Assembly (NCBI GenBank): GCA_963813025.1
Contig: CAWEXO010000008.1
Location: 64,001 to 128,000, forward strand
Origin: an uncultured Verrucomicrobiae bacterium
GTDB lineage: Bacteria > Verrucomicrobiota > Verrucomicrobiia > Chthoniobacterales > JAFAMB01
DNA length: 64,000 nt
Direction: 5' to 3'
The notes beneath the pieces were generated by a model. That model saw nothing but the letters and a program-made list of their open reading frames with translations. It made no database searches and was not told the DNA's origin. A program made the translations under genes and the position numbers. Below are positions 20,180 to 30,927 of this stretch, piece by piece. Positions within the stretch are counted from its first letter, which is position 1; the number at the start of each line of letters is the position of its first letter.

Positions 20180-20213
20180 ACCGGAGTAGGGCCGAGGCCG
20201 GTTGCGAGACACT
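20180..20213. repeat. REP cluster C, right part
   Basis: ACCGGAGTAGGGCCGAGGCCGGTTGCGAGACACT matches the reverse complement of 10990-11024. Confidence 0.85.
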
Positions 20214-20272
20214 CCTTTCAGCAGAGCTGCCCTGCTTGATCTGCCGGGCTGAAGGCCTACAGTGGCAGACCG

Positions 20273-22171
20273 TTGACAACCCCAAACGAACAGCGTGGCA
20301 CGGTAACGCCGGAAGATCGTGCGAGCGACCGGTCTGAAGGTGTCCCGAGTTCCAAGTCACGAGTTTCGAGTTCCTGGTCTCGGCTTCGGGCCGAGCTGCA
20401 GTCGAGTCCGCTGCCGCCCGTATGGCTTTTCCCATTGTTGCTGCTGATTTTCTCGGTTGGCTACTACAGCTCTTACGCACTCTCCGGACTGGACCTGCAG
20501 GGCGAAGGCGGCACGATCGGCGTTATCGCAATGCGGCTCAACGCGGGCGCGCGTCCGATCACCGATACGTTTCTCGGTTACAACCTCCTTTGGTTTGCGC
20601 CGATAGCCCTTCTTTTCCAGGTGTTCGGGCCGAGCTATCTGGCGATCAAAGTCTTCTTCTTTGCGCTGTGCACGGTAACCGGCCAGCTCAGCTACCGCGT
20701 TTTGTTTCGCGCGACTGGCCGTCCGTTACTCAGTCTTACGGGCGCTCTCATCGTGGTGCTCGTCCCGGGCATGCAATTCCGGAACTACATGGCGTTCCTG
20801 GCCATAACCAACATGCTCGCCCTGCTGGAAGCGTTTGTTTTCGAGCAAGCCACGTTTTGGCACCGACTGACGTGGGTAGCCGCCTCCGCGGGTTTCGTCG
20901 CACTCACCTATCTTTTCCGGATCGATCTCGGAACCTTCTTTTCCGTGCTACTCGTTGGAGGCGCGGTCCTGAACTTACTTCTTGGGAGCGGCGCACTCAA
21001 ACCGCGCGTCTGGGCGACCTGTGGTGCCATCCTTCTGCTCCCGGCGATGTTTGCCCTTGTGCATTGGCCGGTTGATTGGTACGCCCGGGCCAGGGGGTTC
21101 GAAGCTGATTTCTGGGCGCAGTACGGTCAATGGTGGACCGAAATCGAAAGCCGGGCAGTCGTGGCAATCCAGCACCTCAAACCGGGGCCGGCCACTTCTT
21201 CGGCAGGGCCGGTGGCCCCTCCAATTGTTGCGCCGCACCCGCCAGGAGCAGCGGTCGGCGCACCGGCTGGCGACCGAAGCACCCGAGCCTTACCTGATCC
21301 CGACGAGATGCTCCTGGCGCGGCGCGCCAAACAGCGCGAACTGGCGTTTCTGCTTTACGCACCGCTCGTTTCGAGCTTGTCGATCCTGATTGTCGCCCTC
21401 ACGCTGAGTCTCAACGGCCTGCTCCGCCAGAACGACCGGCAAAAACAAGCTGGCTTCTTTCTTCTGCTGGCGCTCGGCTCCGCACTCACTCTCTTTCCCC
21501 AATATTTCTTCTTCCGGCCCGATCCGCCGCATCTGAGCGAGTTGATGGCGCCGTTCGTGATTGTCCTGGTCTACTGTCTGGCGCTCACCCTGACCTGGAT
21601 TGGAAGACAGCATAGCCGTCAGCTGCGCTTGGCTGCGGCTCTCTGGGCGTTATTCTTATGCTTTCACCTCTGGATTTATACCCGGTACGGCGTCAACCAG
21701 CCTTGGATGGGAGCGATCGCCATCAAAAAACCGGGGGAAAAGCGGGTCGAGTTTGCGAACCAGGTGATCGCTTATCTGCCCGGCGAGACCAGAGCCGAGT
21801 ACGAGCGCCTTTATCAGGTAATCACCGATCATTCCGGATCGAGCGATTATGTCGTAAGTTTTCCTTACTCGCCCATGATCAACTTCATGACGAACCGGCG
21901 ATCTTACAGGTACAACCTGTATGTGGACAATTCGACTCGTCCGCTGGATTTCGATCGCACGGCGATCGCGGAGATCGAGCGGTATAAACCGGCCGTAGTT
22001 GCAATCGACGATGTCGCCATGAACGGCACGCCCGGTTCACGCTTCAGCGCATGGGCGGCGCCGACACTGGAATACGTACAGAGTCACTACCGGTTCGGGG
22101 GTCGATTTGTGCGGACGGATTTGTACATCCGGCCGGAGGAGGGCAAGAAGGACGGGCCGGGGAAGCAATGA
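20273..22171 (+). CDS. Multi-pass membrane protein, possibly a GT-C (ArnT/PMT-like) glycosyltransferase
   Basis: About 11 hydrophobic segments, acidic first loop (EGG), soluble C-terminal domain. Confidence 0.45.
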   Translation: MTTPNEQRGTVTPEDRASDRSEGVPSSKSRVSSSWSRLRAELQSSPLPPVWLFPLLLLIFSVGYYSSYALSGLDLQGEGGTIGVIAMRLNAGARPITDTFLGYNLLWFAPIALLFQVFGPSYLAIKVFFFALCTVTGQLSYRVLFRATGRPLLSLTGALIVVLVPGMQFRNYMAFLAITNMLALLEAFVFEQATFWHRLTWVAASAGFVALTYLFRIDLGTFFSVLLVGGAVLNLLLGSGALKPRVWATCGAILLLPAMFALVHWPVDWYARARGFEADFWAQYGQWWTEIESRAVVAIQHLKPGPATSSAGPVAPPIVAPHPPGAAVGAPAGDRSTRALPDPDEMLLARRAKQRELAFLLYAPLVSSLSILIVALTLSLNGLLRQNDRQKQAGFFLLLALGSALTLFPQYFFFRPDPPHLSELMAPFVIVLVYCLALTLTWIGRQHSRQLRLAAALWALFLCFHLWIYTRYGVNQPWMGAIAIKKPGEKRVEFANQVIAYLPGETRAEYERLYQVITDHSGSSDYVVSFPYSPMINFMTNRRSYRYNLYVDNSTRPLDFDRTAIAEIERYKPAVVAIDDVAMNGTPGSRFSAWAAPTLEYVQSHYRFGGRFVRTDLYIRPEEGKKDGPGKQ

Positions 22172-22330
22172 ATCGGGACGCGCCTTGAAAAAAGGCCTTG
22201 CAACCTTAAGCGGAATTCATTAGGCACTTTTCAGTCTGTTACAGACCAGACAAAGCCAGGAACGGAATATGCCGCCCCCTTTCCCGGATAATTCCCCTGT
22301 CGCGGCGTTTTAATTTCGCGAGATTAACCT

Positions 22331-23327
22331 ATGAAACTCTTCCCCAGTTCCTCCCCAAGCCGACGCGTCTTTATTGGTTTGCTTGGAGCAATCACAGTCG
22401 GCTGGATGGTTCAGCCAGCCCCTGCTGCTGATCAGAAACCTTCCATTCCGATTATCGTTAAGGACACGACTTCCTTCTTCTGGCAGATCGTGCTCGCAGG
22501 CGCCCGCAAAGCAGGCAAGGACCTCGATGTCAAGGTTCCAGAGCTTGGTGCGCAATCCGAATCGGACATCAATGGCCAGATCTCGATCCTCGAGAACACC
22601 GTCTCCGAAAAACCGGCCGCCATCGTCATCGCGCCGACGCAATTCAAGGCCCTCGGCAAGCCGATCGATGAGGCTGCAAAAAAGACCAAAATCATCGGGA
22701 TTGACTCTGCCGCCGACTCGAAGGCGTTCACTTCCTTTCTACAGACCGATAATGTGCAGGGGGGCCGGGTCGCCGCCGACGGTCTCGCCGCTGCTATCTC
22801 GGCGAAATATGGCAAGGCCGAAGGCGACGTTGCGCTGATTACGTCGATCCCCGGCGTTGGTTCTCTGGACCAGCGCGCGAAGGGGTTCAAGGAGGAGATC
22901 GCCGCCAAGTATCCAGGCTTGAAACTCGTCGCCGACAAAGTTGCCGACGGAATGGCAACTACCGCATTGAATATCATGACCGACCTGATCACAGCCAACC
23001 CTAATCTGCGCGGTGTTTTCGCTTCGAACCTGATTATGGCCCAGGGAGCCGGCCAGGCCGATTGCTGAAAATAAAGCGGCCGACAAAATCAAACTTGTTG
23101 GCTTCGACTCGGACGATAAGCTCGTCAAACTCCTGTCCGACGGCAACATCGCGGCGCTTGTCGTGCAGGATCCGTACCGCATGGGCTATGAGGGCGTCAA
23201 GACCGCGCTCGCCGCATCTAAGGGCGAGAAGGTCCCGGCGACTGTAGATACGGGTGTGAACCTCATTACCAAGGAGAACATGAACAGCGCCCGGTCGCAG
23301 GAGCTCTTGAATCCGAAGGTGAAGTAA
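22331..23327 (+). CDS. Sugar ABC transporter substrate-binding protein (RbsB-like), frameshift near 23060
   Basis: Signal peptide; FFWQIVLAGA, DNVQGG, VGFD and QDPYRMGY motifs. Confidence 0.9.
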
Positions 23328-23332
23328 AACGG

Positions 23333-24917
23333 GTGCCTGCAGAAACTCCTCCACCCATTCGACTGGCAAGCCTTCATGGACCAGGCACAGCAGGATGGCA
23401 ACGCATATCAGGCGCGGCTGACATCGCCGCGCCTCTTCTTGTCCTTAAAGGGCTCGACAAGCGATTCGGCGCCACCCATGCGCTAAAGGCGGTCGATCTT
23501 ATCTTTGAGGCGGGCGAAATCCACGCGATTGTCGGGGAAAACGGCGCCGGTAAATCGACGCTTATCAAGCTGCTGACCGGCGTCTATGTCCGCTCGGGCG
23601 GCGAAGTCTATTGGGAAGGCCAACCGGTGGCGCTCGCCACACCGCATGAGGCGATCGGCTACGGCATCAACGCGGTGCATCAGGAGGTAGTACTCTGCCC
23701 GCATCTCACCGTCGCCGCCAATCTCTTTCTCGGCGACGAAAAAGTGCGCCTCGGGCTGCTGCGGCATGGGGAGATGGTGCGAGAAGCCCAGAAGATCCTC
23801 GACGAGATCGGGTTTAAAATAGCGGCTGGGGCGATACTTTCCAGCCTCACCATCGGCCAGCAGCAATTGGTTGCGACGGCACGCGCCACAACGCGCGGCA
23901 CACGGTTCCTCATTTTCGACGAACCGACGGCCTATCTGACCCGTCAGGAGACTGCGCAGCTCTTCGCACTGATCGGTCGCCTCAAGGCCAAGGGCGTCAC
24001 CATTGTTTATATTTCGCATCGGTTGGAAGAAGTGTTCCAGCTCGCGGACCGCGTCTCGATCCTTCGCGATGGCCAGTTGGTGTCGACTCAGCGCATCGCC
24101 GAGACCAATGAGGAGAAGCTCATTACCGGGATGATCGCTCGCTCGATCGAACAGATCCATTACAAGGAGACGATCCCCTTCGGTACCGAGATTCTTCGCA
24201 CGGAAAAGCTCACCGGCAAGGGCTTCGAGGACGTTTCCATACGGGTCCGGGCGGGCGAGGTCATCGGGCTATACGGTCTGATTGGCGCGGGGCGCAGCGA
24301 GTTCGTGCAGAGCGTGTTCGGACGTTTTCCCAAGACCGGAGGGCAGATTTTCTGGAAAGGTCAGCCGGTCGACATCCGCAGGGAAAAGGATGCGATCTCC
24401 CGGGGCATCGCGCTGGTGCCCGAAAGCCGGCGTGATCAGGGCCTTTGCTTGAATCTTGGGGTCGGACTCAACATCAACCTGCCAATCTACAAGCGCCTGA
24501 CGAAAGGCCTCGTCATCGACCCCCGCGCCGAGGCGGCCGCGGCCGACCGGCAGATCCGCGACGTGCAGATCAAGACGGCCTCGCGCGACGCTCCCGCGTC
24601 GAGCCTCTCCGGCGGCAACCAGCAGAAGATTGTCGTCGGCAAATGGCTGAACCATGGCGCCCAGCTATTCATCTTCGACGAGCCGACAGTGGGGGTCGAC
24701 GTCGGCACCAAAGTCGAGATCTACAAGCTTTTCGCCAAACTGCTTAAGGGCGGGGCCGGGAATCATACTGATCTCCTCCTATCTGCCGGAGGTTTACGAT
24801 CTCGCGGACACCCTGCACGTCTTTCGCCGCGGGCGGCTCGTCGCGAGCCATGACAGCGCTCATACCAGCGAGAAAGCGTTGCACGAGACCATTTTAACGG
24901 AAGCGCTCGGCGTCTGA
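23333..24917 (+). CDS. Sugar ABC transporter ATP-binding protein (RbsA-like), frameshift near 24755
   Basis: GENGAGKST, DEPT, ISHRLEE, LSGGNQQK and DEPTVGVDVG motifs. Confidence 0.92.
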
Positions 24918-24963
24918 TGCCGAGCTACCACAAACGAAAAACAGCGTTGCTGAGAAATGCAAT

Positions 24964-25957
24964 ATGAGCGTTGAAGGCAAGATTGAAACGTCAGAGGCGG
25001 TGCAGCTAGCCGCGACCAAAAGAAGGGCGCAAATCGGAACCTTGCTCAGTCTGACACTCCTGGCCCTGCTCGCCCTCATGTGGGTTGTGCTGGCGTTCAG
25101 CACGAAAAGCTTCTGGACATACAACAATATCACCAACCTTCTGCGGCAAGGCGCTATGATCGCAATTCTCTCCTTAGGCGAGACGTTCGTCATCATCACC
25201 GCAGGCATCGATCTGTCGGTCGGCGCGGTCGTCGGCTTCACTAGCGTCATTATCGCCTTGCTGCTGACAAACGGTGTTCGCGATTTGGGTGGCGATCATC
25301 ATCACGCTGGCAGTAGGCTTCGCCATTGGCGTTTTCCACGCCTTCGGAATCAGCCGCCTCGGATTGCCGCCTTTCATCATGACGCTGGCAACGCTGACGG
25401 CTTTGCGAGGCGTTGGCCTACTCATGACTAACGGTTCCACAATCTCGATTACCAACGATCGATTCACTGGCTTTTCGAGAGGCGACTTTATCGGCGTGCC
25501 GAATCTTTTCTGGATGGTGGTTGTGGTTGCGGTTCCCGCCTATGTGTTTCTGCATCAGAGCCGGTTCGGTCGTTATCTTTTCGCTATTGGCTCCAATACG
25601 GAGGCGGCCCGGCTTTCCGGCGTTAACACTACTCGGATGCTATACATCGCGTATACCCTCTCGTCGCTTTGCGCCGCCTTCGTCGGCATCCTGCTCGCAG
25701 CGCGTATCGGCATCGGCAACGCGACCCAGGCGGAAGGATGGGAACTGCAGGCGATAGCCTCCTCTGTGATCGGTGGTACCAGCCTTTTCGGCGCTGTCGG
25801 CTCGGTGCACGGACCGCTGCTCGGATCCTTCATCCTGACGACGATTAACAACGGCGCCAACCTGCTGAACGTAAATGCGTTCTGGCAGCGTATCATCACC
25901 GGTGTCCTGATAATCGTTATCGTCTACTTCGATGGCTTGAGGCGCCGGAAGAGATAG
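24964..25957 (+). CDS. Sugar ABC transporter permease (RbsC-like), frameshift near 25275
   Basis: GIDLSVG, LPPFIMTL, GSN.EAARLSG and ELQAIA..VIGG motifs. Confidence 0.92.
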
Positions 25958-25962
25958 TAGTG

Positions 25963-26175
25963 GCGAGTCCCGAGTCCCGAGTAGCGAGTCCCGAGTAGCG
26001 AGTTCCGAGTAGCGAGTCCCGAGTAGTGGACACAAGGCCAGAAGTGCACGGTTTTTCCCACTCGGAGCGATGCTCCTTTACCGGGGTAACGCCCTGATAG
26101 GGTAAGTGCGATGCTCGGCTTCGATTCGCCATCAGGGACTCGGGACTCGCCCACTCGGGACTTGGGACTCGAGAC
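25963..26175. repeat. Inverted heptamer arrays (CCGAGTC/GCGAGTA vs GGGACTC) between convergent genes
   Basis: Array at 25963-26026 and reverse-complement array at 26135-26172. Confidence 0.85.
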
Positions 26176-26176
26176 G

Positions 26177-29100
26177 CTACTTCGCTGGCACTTGCTCAAC
26201 CTGGGGCGTGGGCTCTCGACGCACCGGCCGGCGGCCGAACAGCTTCATAATGATCGAGAAGAAAACAGGCGTAAGAAAAATACCAAAGAAAGTCACTCCG
26301 AGCATCCCGCTGAACACCGCGGTACCGAGCGCTTGACGCATTTCGGAACCAGGCCCCTTCGCGATTACCAAAGGCACCACTCCGAGGGTGAAGGCAAAGG
26401 ACGTCATCAGAATCGGTCGGAGTCGAAGTCGAGCGGCGTTCAGAGCAGCTTCCTGCCGGCTCCGTCCAGCCTCCATTTCCTGTCTGGCGTACTCGACGAT
26501 CAGGATGGCGTTTTTACAGGCGAGGCCGACGAGCACGACAAACCCGATCTGGGTGAAGATATTATTGTCCATGTGCCGCAGATAGACCCCGGAAATCGCG
26601 GCCAAAAGGCACATGGGCACGATCAGGATAATCGCCAAAGGCAAAGCCCAGCTTTCGTACTGAGCAGCTAACACCAGAAAAACAAAGAGAACACAGAGCG
26701 GAAAAATGTAGAGAGCGGTATTTCCCGCGAGAATCTCCTGCAGGGTCAGCTCTGTCCATTCAAACCCGAACTGTGAAGGCAAATTTTCTTTGGCCAATCG
26801 CTCCATGGTGGAGATCGCTTGACCCGAACTGAACCCAGGCAATGTGTTGCCGGTGATGTCTGCGGACGGATACAGGTTATAATGCATCACCTTATCAGGG
26901 CCGTTCTCCTCCCGAATGTTCAGCAAAGTGCCAAGCGGAACCATCTGGTTGTTATTATTCCTCGTGTAGAGCTGACCGATCGTATCCGGTCGAACGCGGA
27001 ACGCCGCTTCGGCCTGAACGTTCACCTGATAGGTGCGCGTCAGGAAATTGAAATCGTTGACGTAAGCCGAGCCTAAATAGGCTTGTAATGTGTTGAACAC
27101 GGACGATAGCGGTACATTCAACGTTTCGGCCTTCCGGCGATCTATATCCAGAAAGAGCTCCGGAACTTGAGAGCGAAAGCTGGTGAAAAGGCCGACTAAG
27201 CCAGGTTGTGCGTTACCCTTGGCGATGAGGTTATCGGTGACTGCCTGCAATTGGTTCAAACCGGCGGCGCGCCGATCCTGCACCTGCATTTTGAACCCGC
27301 CCGCATTGCCAACTCCCCGAACCGGCGGCGGCGGAAAAACGAGAGCGCGCGCGTCCTGGATCTGCGCCAGCTTTTGGCGCACCTGCCCCATGATTGCAAA
27401 ACCGTTGAGGCGAGGATCGTGAATGCGCTGCTCGAAAGGCGCCAAGGTGAGGAAACAGGTCGCCGTATTTGGACGGTTAGTCCCGTCCAGACCGGAGAAC
27501 CCAGCAAATTCGACCGTATGAGCGATTCCCGGAATCTTGCGGGCGATTTCGGAGATCTGTTTGCGTACTTCGTCTGAACGCTGCAAAGAAGCACCATCGG
27601 GCAGCTGGGCGAACGCGATAAGATAACCCTGGTCCTGGGTTGGAATAAAGCCGGACGGAACTGCCTTAAAGCCGAAACCAGTCAAGACAAGCAATCCTAC
27701 ATAGACCAACAAAGGAATTGCCGCGAATCGAAGCAGATGGCGCACCGTCCACGCGTATCCTTTGAGCGACTCGCCGAACGACCAATTGAAAAGTCGGAAA
27801 AACCACCCAAAGAGAAAATTAAAAATTCGGGTGAGAAAATCAGGGCGTGCATCGCGCGGCTTTAACAAAAGCCCAGCCAGCGCCGGGCTGAGGGTCAGGG
27901 AGTTAAAGGCTGAGAGCAGAGTGGAAACCGCGATGGTTAGCGCGAACTGGCGATAAAACTGACCAGTAATCCCACTGATAAACGCGGTCGGAATAAAGAC
28001 AGCGCTGAGCACAATGGCGATCGCCACAACCGCGCCGCCTACTTGATCCATGGCATGGCGGGTTGCCATCTTCGGCTCCATCCCCTCTTCAATATTGTGT
28101 TCGACCGCTTCGACCACCACGATCGCGTCGTCAACGACAATGCCAATCGCGAGCACCAGCCCGAAAAGGGACAGATTGTTCAGCGAAAAACCGAGAGCAG
28201 CCATAACGGCAAAAGTGCCCACCAATGACACCGGCACGGCCAGAAGGGGAATAATGGTCGCTCGCCACGTCTGCAGAAAGACCAGCACAACGATCAAAAC
28301 AAGGACGACGGCTTCAAACAAAGTATGTATGACAGCTTGAACCGACTGCTCGATGAAGGTCGTCGGGTCATAGACGATGGTGTACTCCAGACCCTTCGGA
28401 AACGATTTCGCCAGTTCCGCCATCTGCGCACGGACCGCATGCGCGGTGGAAACCGCGTTGGAACCGGGCAACTGAAAGATCCCAATTGCCTGAGCCGGTT
28501 TGCCATCGAGATAAGACGACACATTGTAGGTTTGCGCGCCGAGCTCCACCCGGGCGACATCGGCGAGGTACACGATCTGACCGTTGTCGCCGCGTTTGAC
28601 GATGATCTGGCCAAATTGCTTCGGAGTTATCAGACGGCCCTGGGTGTTGACCGAGAGCTGGAGATCAGTTCCGGGCGGGGCTGGCTCCGCCCCGATCTGT
28701 CCGGCCGCAACTTGGACATTTTGGGACTGGATCGCCGAGACGATGTCGTCGGTCGTCAGGTTCCGGGAATACATTTTGTTTGGATCCAGCCAGATACGCA
28801 TGCTGTACTCGCGCGCGCCAAAGATCGTCACATTGCCGACACCCGACACACGGGAAAGAACGTCACGAACCTGTAGATAAGCGTAGTTGCTGATATAGAG
28901 CTGGTCGAAGGTGTTATCCGGGGAGAGCAAATGCACCACCATCATCAGATCGGGCGACTGCTTCTGCACGGTGACGCCAAGAGCGCGCACTGTGTCCGGC
29001 AGCCTGGGCTCGGCGATAGCGAGCCGATTCTGGACCAGAACCTGCGCGATATCAAGGTCTGTCCCCAGTTTGAAAGTTACTGTCAAAGTCATCGTCCCGT

Positions 29101-29359
29101 CGCTGGTCGACTGGGATGCCATGTACAGCATATTCTCCACGCCATTGACCTGCTGCTCGATCGGTGTCGCGACGGTATCAGCGATAACTCGTGGATCAGC
29201 CCCCGGATAAGTGGCGGTCACTTGGACGGTCGGCGGCGCAATCTCGGGATATTGAGCGGTCGGAAGGGAGAGGTAAGCGAGCGAGCCGGCGATCACAATG
29301 ACGATGGAAATGACCATCGCAAAAATCGGGCGATCGATGAAGAAGTGGGAAAACTTCAT
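26177..29359 (-). CDS. RND efflux permease (HAE1 family, MexF/BepE-like)
   Basis: FFIDRPIFA, YPEIAPP, GIVVDDAIVVVE, KNAILIVE and RLRPILMTS motifs. Confidence 0.96.
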   Translation of the reverse strand: MKFSHFFIDRPIFAMVISIVIVIAGSLAYLSLPTAQYPEIAPPTVQVTATYPGADPRVIADTVATPIEQQVNGVENMLYMASQSTSDGTMTLTVTFKLGTDLDIAQVLVQNRLAIAEPRLPDTVRALGVTVQKQSPDLMMVVHLLSPDNTFDQLYISNYAYLQVRDVLSRVSGVGNVTIFGAREYSMRIWLDPNKMYSRNLTTDDIVSAIQSQNVQVAAGQIGAEPAPPGTDLQLSVNTQGRLITPKQFGQIIVKRGDNGQIVYLADVARVELGAQTYNVSSYLDGKPAQAIGIFQLPGSNAVSTAHAVRAQMAELAKSFPKGLEYTIVYDPTTFIEQSVQAVIHTLFEAVVLVLIVVLVFLQTWRATIIPLLAVPVSLVGTFAVMAALGFSLNNLSLFGLVLAIGIVVDDAIVVVEAVEHNIEEGMEPKMATRHAMDQVGGAVVAIAIVLSAVFIPTAFISGITGQFYRQFALTIAVSTLLSAFNSLTLSPALAGLLLKPRDARPDFLTRIFNFLFGWFFRLFNWSFGESLKGYAWTVRHLLRFAAIPLLVYVGLLVLTGFGFKAVPSGFIPTQDQGYLIAFAQLPDGASLQRSDEVRKQISEIARKIPGIAHTVEFAGFSGLDGTNRPNTATCFLTLAPFEQRIHDPRLNGFAIMGQVRQKLAQIQDARALVFPPPPVRGVGNAGGFKMQVQDRRAAGLNQLQAVTDNLIAKGNAQPGLVGLFTSFRSQVPELFLDIDRRKAETLNVPLSSVFNTLQAYLGSAYVNDFNFLTRTYQVNVQAEAAFRVRPDTIGQLYTRNNNNQMVPLGTLLNIREENGPDKVMHYNLYPSADITGNTLPGFSSGQAISTMERLAKENLPSQFGFEWTELTLQEILAGNTALYIFPLCVLFVFLVLAAQYESWALPLAIILIVPMCLLAAISGVYLRHMDNNIFTQIGFVVLVGLACKNAILIVEYARQEMEAGRSRQEAALNAARLRLRPILMTSFAFTLGVVPLVIAKGPGSEMRQALGTAVFSGMLGVTFFGIFLTPVFFSIIMKLFGRRPVRREPTPQVEQVPAK

Positions 29360-29371
29360 GAGGGTCTCTTC

Positions 29372-30640
29372 CTACTGCGGCGCTCGCGCAGAGTTCCCCC
29401 CGGGCTTGGCCGGTGCCCCCGGCTTCGCGGAATCCGAAGACGTCCCCTTCGGCGGCTCGCTGCCGGTCTTGACGTTCTCAGCGAGTTGGTTCGAAGCGAA
29501 CTTACTCATGTCGCCCCGTTGCGGGCTTACTTTGGCTCCCGGTCTCGCGTTCACGAGTCCGTTGATGATCACGTCCTCATCGCCATTCAGTCCCTTGCGG
29601 ACTACCCGTAGACCGTCTGAGATCGGTCCGAGCTCAACCGGTCGTATCGCAACCGTATTGTTGGCGTCGACCACCATCACGAATTTTTGGCCTTGATCGG
29701 TGGCGATGGCACGATCGGTTACCAGGATTGCTTTATACTTCGGAGAACCGGCCACCCGAACCGAAACAAACTGACCGGGCTGCATGAACCCATCAGGATT
29801 GGGGAAAACGCCCCGGACCTGCAGTGTTCCGGTCGAGGCATCGAACTGGTTGTTAATGAAATCGATCACCCCGGCATGGGGAAAATCAGACTCGTTCTCG
29901 AGTTGCATATAAACCGGCACCTTTCCGTCGCGCGCGCTCTGCATTTGTCCGGATTTGACGAGCCCGACGTACTTCAGAACGCTCCGCTCATCCACATTAA
30001 AGTAGGCATAGATCGGATCCACGCTGACAATCGTAGTCAGTAAGGTTGTATCAACCTGAACCAGATTACCTACGGTCACCAGCTCACGCCCGATACGGCC
30101 TTTTACCGGTGCTTTGATCTGAGTGAAATCAAGATTGAGCTGGGCCGATTCGACCGCGGCTTGCGCGGCAACATATTGCGCGGCAGCCTGATTGGCTTGG
30201 GCCACGTTGGTATCGTATTCCTCCTTGGAAATCACCCGCGTGGCTTGCAGGCGCTGCGCCCGTGCGAGATTGGCTGCCTGCAATTGCTTCTGGGCCTCCG
30301 CCTGCCGGAGCTGGCCGTTCGCCTGGTCGAGCAGGGCCTGGTAGGGACGTGGATCGATCACAAAAAGGAGGTCGCCCTGTTCGACGAGATCGCCCGCTCT
30401 GAAAGTGATGTTGTCGATATACCCGCTGACCCGCGGACGAATGTCAACACTGTCGACCGCGTCAGTTCTTCCGGTAAACTCGTCCCAGTCGACGACCTCC
30501 TTCTGTATGGGTCTGGCGATGGTCACCGGCGGAGGGGGCGGAGCGGGCGGCGGAGGAGCGGGCTTTTGGCAGCCGGCCAGCCAGGAACAAAAAGCAATCG
30601 TCGCAAATGAGAGAAAGTATCTGTTCGGCTGGAAGAGCAT
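29372..30640 (-). CDS. RND membrane fusion protein (MexE-like lipoprotein)
   Basis: LAGC lipobox, IRPRVSGYI, LFVIDPRPY, helical hairpin, IKAPV.G. Confidence 0.93.
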   Translation of the reverse strand: MLFQPNRYFLSFATIAFCSWLAGCQKPAPPPPAPPPPPVTIARPIQKEVVDWDEFTGRTDAVDSVDIRPRVSGYIDNITFRAGDLVEQGDLLFVIDPRPYQALLDQANGQLRQAEAQKQLQAANLARAQRLQATRVISKEEYDTNVAQANQAAAQYVAAQAAVESAQLNLDFTQIKAPVKGRIGRELVTVGNLVQVDTTLLTTIVSVDPIYAYFNVDERSVLKYVGLVKSGQMQSARDGKVPVYMQLENESDFPHAGVIDFINNQFDASTGTLQVRGVFPNPDGFMQPGQFVSVRVAGSPKYKAILVTDRAIATDQGQKFVMVVDANNTVAIRPVELGPISDGLRVVRKGLNGDEDVIINGLVNARPGAKVSPQRGDMSKFASNQLAENVKTGSEPPKGTSSDSAKPGAPAKPGGNSARAPQ

Positions 30641-30751
30641 GGTCAGCGACTCTTTGCTTTTCAGAGAGACCAGCGGCGAGCCAACCCAGTGTCTATCAGG
30701 TGAGCAGGCCTTTGGCAATCAGCTGAAATACCCGCTAACGTGCAGCGGACA

Positions 30752-30880
30752 ATGCGTCGAGGCAATTTCGATTTAATCGCTCCGGTTTATCCTTTTCTGG
30801 AATATCTGGTTTTCGGTTCGACGTTGGAGCGGGCACGTCATTTCTTTTTTCAGGAAGCGCTCGCCGCCGATCGAATGAAG
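30752..30880 (+). pseudogene. Truncated N-terminus of a class I SAM methyltransferase-like gene
   Basis: MRRGNFDLIAPVYPFLEYLVFGSTLERAR resembles such N-termini; no downstream SAM-binding motif. Confidence 0.4.
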
Positions 30881-30927
30881 AAGATCTGGCAAAAGCTGCA
30901 CGGAGTGCTCGTTTGTTCACGGAGCAT

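Noticed and set aside
22235..22247. Palindrome GTCTG-TTA-CAGAC upstream of the sugar ABC operon as an operator
   Set aside because: Plausible but too short, and there is no cognate regulator in the window to support it
22331..25957. Programmed frameshifting or decay of the sugar ABC operon
   Set aside because: One single-base indel per gene with motifs intact, matching the window-wide pattern of probable sequencing error
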